32,000 nucleotides of DNA from an uncultured Chloroflexia bacterium (GCA_963704755.1 OY969938.1:1500001-1532000); one strand, 5' to 3'. Counted from the stretch's first letter, positions 8,417-17,173 are shown. A program made the numbers and translations. Notes: generated by a model not told the origin, from the letters alone.

Positions 8417-9014
8417 CTCCCCCAAAATCCGCATTTGTTGCCAGGCTTTGCCCGTAACTCACCATCCCCGTTGGCCGGCGCTTCGCCCTCATCCTTCTCC
8501 CAGAAGCGGGAGAAGGGTTGCCTTGCTGCCAGAAGGCCGCTTTTAACCAGCGGTTCCCCTAATATTCGCACTTTGGATTTAAAAAAGGGTGGGTGCAGGG
8601 CTCATACGCAATACCGGTGGATCACCGGGCGGAAAAACATGCCAGGCCTTGCCCGTAACCCACCATCCCCGTTGGCCGGCGCTTCGCCCTCATCCTCCGG
8701 CCCCTTCTCCCTGAAGCGGGAGAAGGGGTGCCTTGCTGCCAGAAGGCCGTTTTTAACCAGCGGTTCCCCTAATATTCGCACTTTGGATTTGAAAAAATGT
8801 AGGGTGGGTGCAGGGCTCATACGCAATACCGGTGAATCACCGGGCGGTAAAACATGCCAGGCCTTGCCCGTAACCCACCATCCCCGTTGGCCGGCGCTTC
8901 GCCCTCATCCTCCGGCACCTTCTCCCTGAAGCGGGAGAAGGGGTGCCTTGCTGCCAGAAGGCCACTTTTAACCGGCGGTTCCCCTGAAATCCGCACTTTA
9001 GATTTTGGGGGAGG
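8417..9014. repeat. Tandem array of three ~200-215-bp units, non-coding
   Basis: Units start at GCCAGGC at 8440, 8641 and 8856 (periods 201 and 215). Units 2 and 3 differ by only a handful of substitutions over ~150 nt. Each unit has TTGCCCGTAAC[CT]CACCAT, GGCGCTTCGCC and an 11-bp hairpin CCCCTTCTCCC-tgaagc-GGGAGAAGGGG. Units 1 and 2 additionally end in a (GTA)GGGTGGGTGCAGGGCTCAT module; the truncated third unit lacks it. The array is bracketed by CCTCCCCCAAAATC (8417-8430) and its reverse complement GATTTTGGGGGAGG (9001-9014). Confidence 0.85.
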
Positions 9015-9077
9015 AATGGAAAGAGAAAAAAGTTGACCGGGCGACAAGGGAAAGAAGGACCCGCTGTCGTCTGCCCG

Positions 9078-10466
9078 TCAGCCGACCAGTTCTTTTGCTC
9101 GCAAAACCTGGGCGACATCTTGCAGGCCCATCACATCCAGCATGTCGCGATTGCTCGAGAATTTGAAATCATCCACGCCGGTATCCTTGCCGCGCTGCTG
9201 CTCCACCATTTCCAGTGTCTTCAAGGCATCTTTGGTCACCACCGGATGATCCAGGTTGGCCAGTGCTCGTTGAAACCGGCTGAGCGCATCCGGGTCCGGC
9301 CCATCCTGGGGCAGGTCCTGTAAATATTGCCATACGGCCCTGGCGCCGTTTATGCCGTCTTTGCGGGCAATGCCCACCAGGCCGGTGCTGGCCAGCCGTG
9401 ACCAGCCGGCCACGAAATAGCCGGTCCAGGGCTGTTTCGTCTCGGGATCGTATACTTCGTATGAGATCCCTTCGACCGGGTAAGCCGGGTCGGGATTCTT
9501 GTCAAAACGGCTGTTGTGCATCGGCAGCCCCAGGCGGTCGTCCACCCGGTCGCCGACCGCAAAGATGACCGTATCCACATCATATATCTTGTGCGTGGGC
9601 AGCGCGACCGCGCGGGTTTCTTCGCCATCCAGCACAAGGCTGTTGTCTTCGATTTCCAGGCCGCCCACGTGGCCGGTACCATCATCCAGAATGGCTACCG
9701 GCGAGGAGAGGAAGCGGATCCAAAAACAGGTTCGCGACTTCAATTCCTCGGCTTTATCCAGGGCCGAATGGACGTATGTCCGGGCAACTTCCGGATCCTG
9801 GCCTACCTGGCGCATAATCGGTGTGACCCGCTCGATTTCGCTGTCGAAAGATCCCACGTCCAGGTTGGCGGCAACGATCTCAAGTTGCTTGCGGTCGAAC
9901 TTGATTTCCGCCGGCCCCCTGCGAGCCAGGGTCAAGACTTCTTCCACCTTCATATCATTGATCAGGTAATGGGCGATATCTACCATCACGTTGCCAGCGC
10001 CAACGATGATAGCATTTTTCCCCAGGGAAAATTCTTCCTCGCTAAAGGGCGGCAGGTGATTGTAGTGATAAACCAGGTCTTTGGCGTGGTATACCCCCAC
10101 CAGGTTTTCACCCGGTAGTCCCAGCCATTTCGTCCCCTGGGCACCGGCCGTCACCAGCACGGCCTGGAAGCCCATTTCTTTAAGCTGCTCCAGGGTCAGA
10201 TCGCCTTGCTCGCCAACCAGCAGGTTGCCGTAATAATCGATATTCGGCATGGCTAAAGCCTGGCGAAACTGGGCCCTGAGCCCAAATTTCATCTTCAGCT
10301 TATCCGGGTAAATTCCATATTCCGCTAAACCGCCGGGTTTGATATCCCGGTTGATCAGAACAACATGCGCACCCTGGCCAGCTAATTCTCGCGCCGCAAA
10401 AATTCCGGCCGGCCCGGCTCCAATGATCGCTACTAAGAATTTGGGTGTTTCTTCCATGATGGTCAA
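9078..10466 (-). CDS. FAD/NAD(P)-binding oxidoreductase, FprA/adrenodoxin-reductase-like (ferredoxin-NADP reductase type)
   Basis: 462-aa ORF. N-terminal FLVAIIGAGPAGIFAAREL, second dinucleotide fold NAIIVGAGNVMVDIAHYL. The track start is TTG at 10466; ATG at 10457 is an equally plausible start. Confidence 0.85.
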   Translation of the reverse strand: MTIMEETPKFLVAIIGAGPAGIFAARELAGQGAHVVLINRDIKPGGLAEYGIYPDKLKMKFGLRAQFRQALAMPNIDYYGNLLVGEQGDLTLEQLKEMGFQAVLVTAGAQGTKWLGLPGENLVGVYHAKDLVYHYNHLPPFSEEEFSLGKNAIIVGAGNVMVDIAHYLINDMKVEEVLTLARRGPAEIKFDRKQLEIVAANLDVGSFDSEIERVTPIMRQVGQDPEVARTYVHSALDKAEELKSRTCFWIRFLSSPVAILDDGTGHVGGLEIEDNSLVLDGEETRAVALPTHKIYDVDTVIFAVGDRVDDRLGLPMHNSRFDKNPDPAYPVEGISYEVYDPETKQPWTGYFVAGWSRLASTGLVGIARKDGINGARAVWQYLQDLPQDGPDPDALSRFQRALANLDHPVVTKDALKTLEMVEQQRGKDTGVDDFKFSSNRDMLDVMGLQDVAQVLRAKELVG

Positions 10467-11014
10467 CTCGATTCTGGTATATATTTAACCCCAGCACAGG
10501 ACAACATTTTTGAGCCTGAGCGACCGGTCCGTTTGTAGCCCGATCTTTCGGTTACCCGCAAACAATTGCTTTCGATCCCCATCGCTCCGGTCCATTTTGT
10601 CCTTTGCCAGTTTTCCATATCGACCGGCATTTATTTTGGTTGAGGCTGCACACACCTTATAACCAAATAAATTCGCCAATATAGATCAATTATACCTTTA
10701 TTGTTAGTCGTTTTTTTGCACCTATGCTATAGTCATATAGAAAGGTGATTCCAAAAAACAAGTGAGTACTGTCTCCATATTTCTGTGCAGGGCAGCCGTC
10801 AGGCCGGCCGGGTAAGCATCCGCTTTTCGGCGAATTTCTTCCACAAGCCTGAAGCGCCACAACATCGTTATACAGGAAGTATGTTTGAAAATGATTAACA
10901 ATGTATGAATTATTACTTAAATGATCCTATTTAGTGTGTTAACAATTCCGGATTAGCCGGCTCGAACGCATCTCTTACCTGAAGCACCTTATCCACTAAC
11001 CCCGAGATGAAATC

Positions 11015-12320
11015 ATGACTTCACCTGTCCTCAAAAAAACACTGGCAAACGGCCTTGTCGTTATGCTCAAAGAAATCCACACCGCACCCATTATCAGCCA
11101 CTGGGTCTGGTACCGGGTTGGGTCGCGTAATGAGGTGCAAGGCAGTACCGGCATCTCTCATTGGGTGGAGCATATGCAGTTCAAGGGCACGCCACGCTTT
11201 CCGGCCGGCTACCTGGATAAAGCCATTGCCCGCACCGGTGGCGCCTGGAACGCCTTCACCCACCTGGATTGGACGACCTATTACGAAACCCTGCCGGCCG
11301 ACCAGATCGACCTGGCCTTGCAGTTGGAAGTGGACCGCATGAGCCAATTCCACCTTCGACCCGGAAGAGGTCGAATCGGAGCGTACCGTCATCCTTTCCG
11401 AATTGGCCGGCGACCTGAACGAGCCCTTATTTCGCCTGGGCGAGGCCGTCCAGAAAGCCGCCTTCGACACCCACCCCTACCGCAATGAGGTGATCGGCTC
11501 ATCGAAGACCTGGGAAAAATCCACCGTGACGACCTTTACCGCACTACCGCCGCAATTACAATCCGAGCAATGCGCTTGCTGGCCGTCGCCGGCGATTTCG
11601 ACAGCCAGGAGGTCCTTCACCACCTGGAGGAGATGTACGATCCATCTCCGCCGGGCAGGAGGCAAGATCACCCAGGCGGTGCAGCCCGAAGCCCGCCCGG
11701 CCGCCGAACGGAAAGTCGTGACCTGGAAGGTCCCAGTAACGCTACCTATATCCACATTGCCTACCGGGCCCCGGCCGCCGTCCGATCCCGATTTTTTGCC
11801 TTCACCATCCTCGATTCGCTGCTGTGCGGCCCAACCAGGCTAAATATGTTCGGCGGAGGTGGTATCTCCAATAAGACCAGCCGCCTGTACCGCGCGCTGG
11901 TAGAGGCTGAACTGGCCGTCACTGTCCGCGGCGGGATGCAGGCTACCATCGACCCATTTCTATACGAGATCGTCATGACTGTGCGGCCGGAACGCACGCC
12001 GAGACTATTTTATCCGCCGTGGATGCCAGATCAAACGGCTGCAGGACGGCCTGGTAGACGAAGCCGAAATTGCCCGCGCCACCAAACAAGCCCGGGCCAT
12101 GTTCCTTACGGCAGTGAAAATATCACCAACCAGGCTTTCTGGCTGGGTTATGCCGAAATGTTTGCCAGCTACGATTGGTTCAGCCAGTATGTGGAACGCC
12201 TGGCAAAGAATACTCCCGGCAGACATGCAGCGCATCGCTCAGGTTTATTTGAGCCCGGCGCGCCGGGTGGTCGGCGTTTATAATGCGGTCGCCGGCGAAG
12301 CGGAGAGCGAACGGAAGTGA
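11015..12320 (+). pseudogene. M16 family zinc peptidase (catalytic-type subunit), multiply frameshifted
   Basis: The N-terminus carries the HxxEH motif ([14 protein letters not shown]) and later [13 protein letters not shown]. The reading is spread over track ORFs 11015-11488, 11403-11843, 11570-12283 and 12099-12320, with further compensated shifts. One example: LYRHYRRNYNPSNALLAVAGDFD is recovered only by changing frame twice near 11541-11580. Confidence 0.85.
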
Positions 12321-12365
12321 GCATCTCTTGCCAGTAACGAACCTATTCCAGTCAGGATCACTCCA

Positions 12366-13645
12366 ATGAACCTACTCAAGACTGAACATTTACGCAATCT
12401 TCCCGGGGCAGACAATACCTCATGCGCCAGCTTGCCCAATGGGATTACAGTGCTGGTTTACCCGAACACCGACAGCGCTTCGGTGGTCATCAGCGGCTAT
12501 TTTCAGGCCGGCAGCATGTACGATCCGCCTGAAAAACTAGGGTTGGCGTATTTACCGCCTCGGCATTATGCGCGGCACCCAGACCCGCACCTTCCAGCAG
12601 ATCTTCAATGACCTGGAGACAGCCGGGGCCAGCCGGGTTTTGGCGCGAGCGTGCACACCGTCAGTTTCGGTGGTCATGGGCTGGCCGAGGACCTGCCGTT
12701 ACTGGTGGATACGCTGGCTACTGCCTGACCAGCCGGTATTCCCGGCCGAACACGTCGAACGCATGCGCGCACAATACCTGACCGGCCTGGCCATTCGCGC
12801 CCAGGACACCGCCGAAATGTCCTCACTGGCCTTCGACGAGATCCTCTTCGCCAACCACCCCTACAGCCTGCCGGAAGACGGCTACCCTGAGACCATTCAG
12901 CGTATTACCCGCGCGGACCTGGTTGAATTTCACCGGGGCTATTATAGCCCCAAGGGGCTGGTCCTGGTGGTGGTCGGCGCCGTATCGCCCGAGGCAGTGG
13001 TCGAAGCTGGTCAGCCAAAAATTGGGCCCTGGAGAAGGTGGCCGCCCGCAGAAAAACTACCCGAATTTCACCTGCCGCCCCGCCTGCGACCAATGTACGC
13101 CGCCACATTTTCTTGCCGGATAAAAGCCAGGTAGACCTGGTGATGGGCAGTTTCGGCCCGCGCCGCATCGACCCGGAGTACCCGGCGGCCGTGTTGGGCA
13201 ACAATATCCTTGGCCAGTTTGGCATGATGGGACGTATTGGCGAATCGGTGCGCGAGAACGCCGGCCTGGCTTATTATGCCTCGACCGGATTGAATGCCTG
13301 GATCGAAGGCGGCTCGTGGGAAATTGCCGCTGGCGTGGACCCGGATAATTTGAAGAGGCGATCGACCTCATCCAGGACGAAATCAAGCGGTTCGTGGACG
13401 AACCGGTCAGCGCGGAAGAGCTGGAAGACAGCCAGTCCTCCCTGATCGGACGGCTGCCGCTGAGCATGGAATCCAACCAGGGCATCGCCGGCAGCTTGCT
13501 AAATATCGAGCGCTTTAGCCTGGGCATGGATTATTACCGCCATTACCCCCAAAAGATCCGCGAAATCAGCCCAACCCAAATATTGGAAGTGGCCCGCCGC
13601 TATCTCAACCCCGAGCGCTTTGTCATCGTCAGTGCCGGCCACTAA
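12366..13645 (+). pseudogene. M16 family peptidase (non-catalytic partner type, no HxxEH), multiply frameshifted
   Basis: Family-like sequence is split over track ORFs 12366-12611, 12568-13134, 12923-13123, 13038-13445 and 13394-13645. An internal stretch of 12568-13134 reads sensibly only in another frame (LGFGASVHTVSFGGHGLAEDLPLLVDTLA). Confidence 0.85.
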
Positions 13646-13699
13646 CAGGTTAGCTCGGAGCGCGAGCATAAATGCAATCTGTCCGCACCGGAAGAAATA

Positions 13700-14100
13700 A
13701 TGATCATTTTACGAGATCAACCGTCGGATCAATCCGGATACCGGCCGGCCATCCGCGAGCGGTTTATTAAAGCGTGTGTTCACCCCGGCCGAGCTGGCTG
13801 AATCCAAGAATTAAAACGATTACCTGGCCGGCCGCTTTGCGGTCAAAGAATCGGTTTCCAAAGCCCTGGGAACCGGCATCGGTTGGGTGCACTGGCAGCG
13901 ACATCGAATGCCTGGATGGCCCCTGGGGAGAACCGATCCTGCATCTTTATGGAAATGCGGTTAAAATTGCTCAATACCTGGGACTTGAACAATGGTCTGT
14001 GAGCATCAGCCATTCGAATGAGAATGCGGTTGCCGTTGCCGTAGGGATCGGACCTTCCGATCCACCCACTGCGCCTTATCCGCTCGTCAAGCCCACCTAG
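13700..14100 (+). pseudogene. acpS: Holo-ACP synthase (4'-phosphopantetheinyl transferase), frameshifted
   Basis: AcpS-like segments lie in different frames: MII.. at 13700, EINR.., KRVFTPAELAE, LAGRFAVKESVSKALGTGIGWVHW, then track ORF 13774-14100 (DIECLDGPWGEPILHLYGNAVKIAQYLGLEQWSVSISHSNENAVAVAV). An in-frame TAA lies near 13811. Confidence 0.75.
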
Positions 14101-14107
14101 AGCAGGC

Positions 14108-14785
14108 ATGAAGATACTGGCGATCAGTGATATCGAGCTGGGTTTTATCTATAACACCCAGATCCGGCAGCGATTTAAGGATGTCGATCTGGTCATCAGT
14201 TGCGGCGATTTGCCGTACTACTACCTTGAATTTATCGTTAGTATGCTCGACAAGCCCTTGTATTATGTCAGGGGTAATCACGCCAGCCAGGTCGAAAGCA
14301 CCACCGGCGGAGAGCGCTCGTCACCCTGGGGCGCCATCGACATCCATCGCCGGACGAAGCGCTCCTCCTCGGGAATTTTAATGGCCGGCATTGAAGGCAG
14401 CCTGCGCTATAACCTTGGCCTGCACCAGTACTCCCAGGCAGAAATGTGGTATTTCGCACTTGATTTGGTGCCGCATCTGCTGTACAATCGCCTGCGATAT
14501 GGTCGGTACGTTGACATTTTAGTGACTCATGCCCCGCCGTGGCACATCCACGACATGGACGACCTGCCCCACCGGGGCATAAAGGCGTTTCGCTGGCTGG
14601 ACCAGGTGTTCAAACCCAGCTACCATCTGCATGGTCACATTCACGTTTATCGAAATGACATTGACACGGTCACTGGCTTTGGCCAGACTTCCGTGATGAA
14701 CTGTTACGGCTATAGAGAATTTAACTTCGATCCCCCGGTTAAGCCGCGGTCGTTTCCGTTTGGAAAACGCGGCCTGGCAGGTTGA
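14108..14785 (+). CDS. Metallophosphoesterase (calcineurin-like)
   Basis: Intact 225-aa ORF. Motifs ISDIE, SCGDLPYY, VRGNHA, THAPP and HLHGHIH. Confidence 0.85.
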   Translation: MKILAISDIELGFIYNTQIRQRFKDVDLVISCGDLPYYYLEFIVSMLDKPLYYVRGNHASQVESTTGGERSSPWGAIDIHRRTKRSSSGILMAGIEGSLRYNLGLHQYSQAEMWYFALDLVPHLLYNRLRYGRYVDILVTHAPPWHIHDMDDLPHRGIKAFRWLDQVFKPSYHLHGHIHVYRNDIDTVTGFGQTSVMNCYGYREFNFDPPVKPRSFPFGKRGLAG

Positions 14786-14893
14786 GGAGGATCCTATGAA
14801 TGCTGATTCAATAACGAAAATAACCCTGTATTCTTTCAGCGCATAGCGAAAGATGACTTCGACCAGGCCCTGCGCAAAGGGTTCTGGCGTTCT

Positions 14894-15826
14894 GTGTTTA
14901 GTTGGTTCAATAAATCCAACAATCAATTGATGCCTTTCGACGAAATCCGCAAGGTGCTGCCCATGCAGTCCCAGTTCGATGCGGGGGTTCGCCAGATTCC
15001 GATCAACAAGGTGGTCGGCAGCGTTGGCCGGTACAACGATTTCGATCGGGCCTTCTTGCCGCTCCACACCCACACCCGCAGCCGCTGGATCAACGTGGAT
15101 ATCGCCAACCGGCGCGAAATCAATTTGCCGCCAATCGAGGTCTACAAGATCGGCGAGGTGTACTTTGTCAAAGACGGCAATCACCGGGTCTCGGTGGCTC
15201 GCGAGCGCGGCCAGAAGTATATCGATGCCAGCGTGATCGAGATCGTCAGCGAAATTGTGATCGACGAAAACACCAATATCGACGAGATCATCCTGCGCCA
15301 GGATAAAGCCTACTTCTACAAAACCACCCAAATCCTGGAATTCCGCCCGGACGCCGATATCGACCTGACCTTGCCCGGCCAGTACGAGAAACTGCTGGAG
15401 CACATCAACGTTAACCGCTGGTACATGGGCGAAAAATCCGGTCACGATATCCCCTACCCCGATGCCGTACGCAATTGGTATGACCACGTTTATTGCCCAT
15501 TGGCCGTGGTGATCCAAGAACAGGATATCCTCAAAGAGTTCCCCGGCCGGACCACCGCGGACATGTACCTGTGGATTATCGAGCACCTGTATTACCTGCG
15601 GGAAGAGTTCAAGTCCGAGATAAGCCTGGAAGATGCCGCACGCAACTTTACCGAAGAGTTTTCACGCAAGCCGCTGCGCCGGATGCTGACCCTGTTTCGC
15701 AAGTTTGCCCGCGCCGCAGGAGAGGGGTTGGAAGACGCCTCTGAACTGGAACTGGGTATCCTTTCTGAAGAGATGTTGATCAATTCTGAGCCGCCCGAAG
15801 ATGATGAGGGTGAAGAAGAACGCTAA
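14894..15826 (+). CDS. ParB/Srx-like N-terminal domain plus DUF4032-type protein; 5' end probably disrupted
   Basis: 310-aa ORF from GTG, with ParB-like motif VYFVKDGNHRVSVARERG and an acidic C-terminal tail. The same frame stays open and looks protein-like back to 14807. A strong GAGGAGG-ATG start at 14796 is in a different frame and stops at 14844-14846. Confidence 0.8.
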   Translation: MFSWFNKSNNQLMPFDEIRKVLPMQSQFDAGVRQIPINKVVGSVGRYNDFDRAFLPLHTHTRSRWINVDIANRREINLPPIEVYKIGEVYFVKDGNHRVSVARERGQKYIDASVIEIVSEIVIDENTNIDEIILRQDKAYFYKTTQILEFRPDADIDLTLPGQYEKLLEHINVNRWYMGEKSGHDIPYPDAVRNWYDHVYCPLAVVIQEQDILKEFPGRTTADMYLWIIEHLYYLREEFKSEISLEDAARNFTEEFSRKPLRRMLTLFRKFARAAGEGLEDASELELGILSEEMLINSEPPEDDEGEEER

Positions 15827-15838
15827 ATTAAAGAAACT

Positions 15839-15866
15839 GGCCGGCCCCCTGGCGTAAGGGCCGGCC
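15839..15866. terminator. GC-rich hairpin between convergent genes
   Basis: GGCCGGCCC (15839-15847), 10-nt loop, GGGCCGGCC (15858-15866). On the minus strand it is followed by CAGTTTCTTTAATTT. Confidence 0.5.
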
Positions 15867-15899
15867 CGTCTCAGGTGATTCGATTTCCCCCTGTTTGAA

Positions 15900-16163
15900 T
15901 TATCGGGAATTACCCGCACCTTCCTTATTATTTCCTTCGCTGATCCCAATCCAGAAATGGTTGGGGAGGATCCGCCGGTTGGCTTTTATTTCAACACCGT
16001 TGCGGTGCGACAGCTCTTCGTGCAGCATACTGGGATGAACAAAACACAAGTCTGGATGTATGCCATACTTGTGCTGGTAAAAATCGACCGCACGGCTGAT
16101 TTTAGTCTGCAAATCAGCCTTTGGGTCGTTATCGAACCATAACATGCCGGTGTTCATGCTCAC
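15900..16163 (-). CDS. Small conserved hypothetical protein (~87 aa)
   Basis: The track ORF runs 15900-16352, but GGAAGGAGG sits 10 nt upstream of GTG at 16163 (ATG at 16157 as alternative). Product: VSMNTGMLWFDNDPKADLQTKISRAVDFYQHKYGIHPDLCFVHPSML... I recognise no domain. Confidence 0.6.
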   Translation of the reverse strand: MSMNTGMLWFDNDPKADLQTKISRAVDFYQHKYGIHPDLCFVHPSMLHEELSHRNGVEIKANRRILPNHFWIGISEGNNKEGAGNSR

Positions 16164-16266
16164 TTTGTAAGTGCCTCCTTCCATCCATTCTGTGCGAGCG
16201 CTGGCAGGTACCCGGTTTCCCTGATCATTGGCCGACCACAGGAAGTTAGAGCGCCCGCCCGGTCGC

Positions 16267-17085
16267 TCAAATTTCGGGCGTCCAAAATTGCAGGTTGGCA
16301 CGCCCAATCCGCACGGCAAACTGGCGGCCGCGCTCGAAGGCGGAAAAGTCAACCGTGGGCAGCAACGAAAGCTCGCGGGCCGTGGTTGGGTCTTCGATAT
16401 AACCGGTCAGGCGCGACCGAAACAGGCTGATCCACTGGGGGTGTTGGCGGGCCGTTTGTACATCGCAGGCCACCACCGGCCAGACCTGGTAAAAGGGTCC
16501 TTCTTGCAGCAGCCATTCGAAATTCAGGCGCACATCGAAGTCCATATATGGCAGGGTATCCATGCCATCCAGGATGACCAGGTGGGCGCCACCGCTCATC
16601 CGCCCGTGCTGGCGGCTTTCGATCAAGTCGCAGGCCGCAAGGATCGCATCGGCCGCGTCGCGCTCGTAATTGGAGGTGATCACCTTGAAGTAGTCGCCGT
16701 AACGGTTTTCCTCGAGCGACCACTGCCCGGGCTTGGCGCTGATCACGCTGAATTGGACTTCATACGGTCGGTTGGTCCGCAGTAAAGAATGCACCATCGT
16801 TTTAATCAGGCCGGTCTTGCCGGCATAACGCTCGCCCACGATCAGCAAAGACCCCGGGCGGGGATCGTTCAGATCGAACAAAACCGGGGTATGCTCACTG
16901 CTCTCGCCTAAAATCGCGGTCTGCAGCGGTAAAGCCGGCATTTGCCGGATCAGGTCATTCAGGCTGGCCGGCTTTGATCCGGGCGTCTGCTGCCCGCCGC
17001 GGAGTGGAGTGCCAACCCGGGTGTTCCAGGCCGGAAACGCATGCGCGTCCATTTTTGTATTTACAATCGGTAGAGCTACCATCAC
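16267..17085 (-). CDS. Stand-alone FtsK/SpoIIIE-like P-loop ATPase domain protein
   Basis: 272-aa ORF. Walker A LLIVGERYAGKTGL, Walker B-like HLVILDGMDTL. The overall layout resembles a single FtsK/EssC-type ATPase domain. Start is GTG at 17085 or ATG at 17082. Confidence 0.75.
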   Translation of the reverse strand: MMVALPIVNTKMDAHAFPAWNTRVGTPLRGGQQTPGSKPASLNDLIRQMPALPLQTAILGESSEHTPVLFDLNDPRPGSLLIVGERYAGKTGLIKTMVHSLLRTNRPYEVQFSVISAKPGQWSLEENRYGDYFKVITSNYERDAADAILAACDLIESRQHGRMSGGAHLVILDGMDTLPYMDFDVRLNFEWLLQEGPFYQVWPVVACDVQTARQHPQWISLFRSRLTGYIEDPTTARELSLLPTVDFSAFERGRQFAVRIGRANLQFWTPEI

Positions 17086-17129
17086 GATGAACCTTTCGTA
17101 TCGAAAACGATTTGCATCGGTAAATAGGT

Positions 17130-17159
17130 ATTATGTTCTAAAACAGTATAGAACATAAT
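17130..17159. promoter_or_regulatory. Candidate operator: 11-bp perfect inverted repeat overlapping the -10 element
   Basis: ATTATGTTCTA (17130-17140), 8-nt spacer, TAGAACATAAT (17149-17159). It overlaps the spacer, the -10 and the predicted transcription start of the promoter above. Confidence 0.5.
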
Positions 17160-17173
17160 TACTAGAGAGTCAA
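17145..17173 (-). promoter_or_regulatory. Sigma-70-type promoter for the FtsK-like gene
   Basis: Minus strand reads TTGACT (17173-17168), a 17-nt spacer, then TATACT (17150-17145), about 60 nt upstream of the start codon. Confidence 0.6.

Noticed and set aside
8417-9014. Possible CRISPR array
   Set aside because: The units are ~200-215 bp and directly abutting, with no unique spacers. There are no 25-40-bp repeats and no cas genes in the window.
9025-9077. Possible terminator after the FprA-like gene (CGGGCAGACGACA...TGTCGCCCG followed by CTTTTTT on the minus strand)
   Set aside because: The stem needs a 4-nt bulge and an 18-nt loop, which is too weak to report as a feature without a folding calculation.
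8323-9118. Small ORFs (60-164 aa) inside the tandem array, e.g. 8602-8826 and 8817-9047
   Set aside because: They are generated by the repeat itself. The period is not a multiple of 3. Differences between copies are mostly non-synonymous. There are no SD sequences, and the products are Pro/Gly/Arg-rich.
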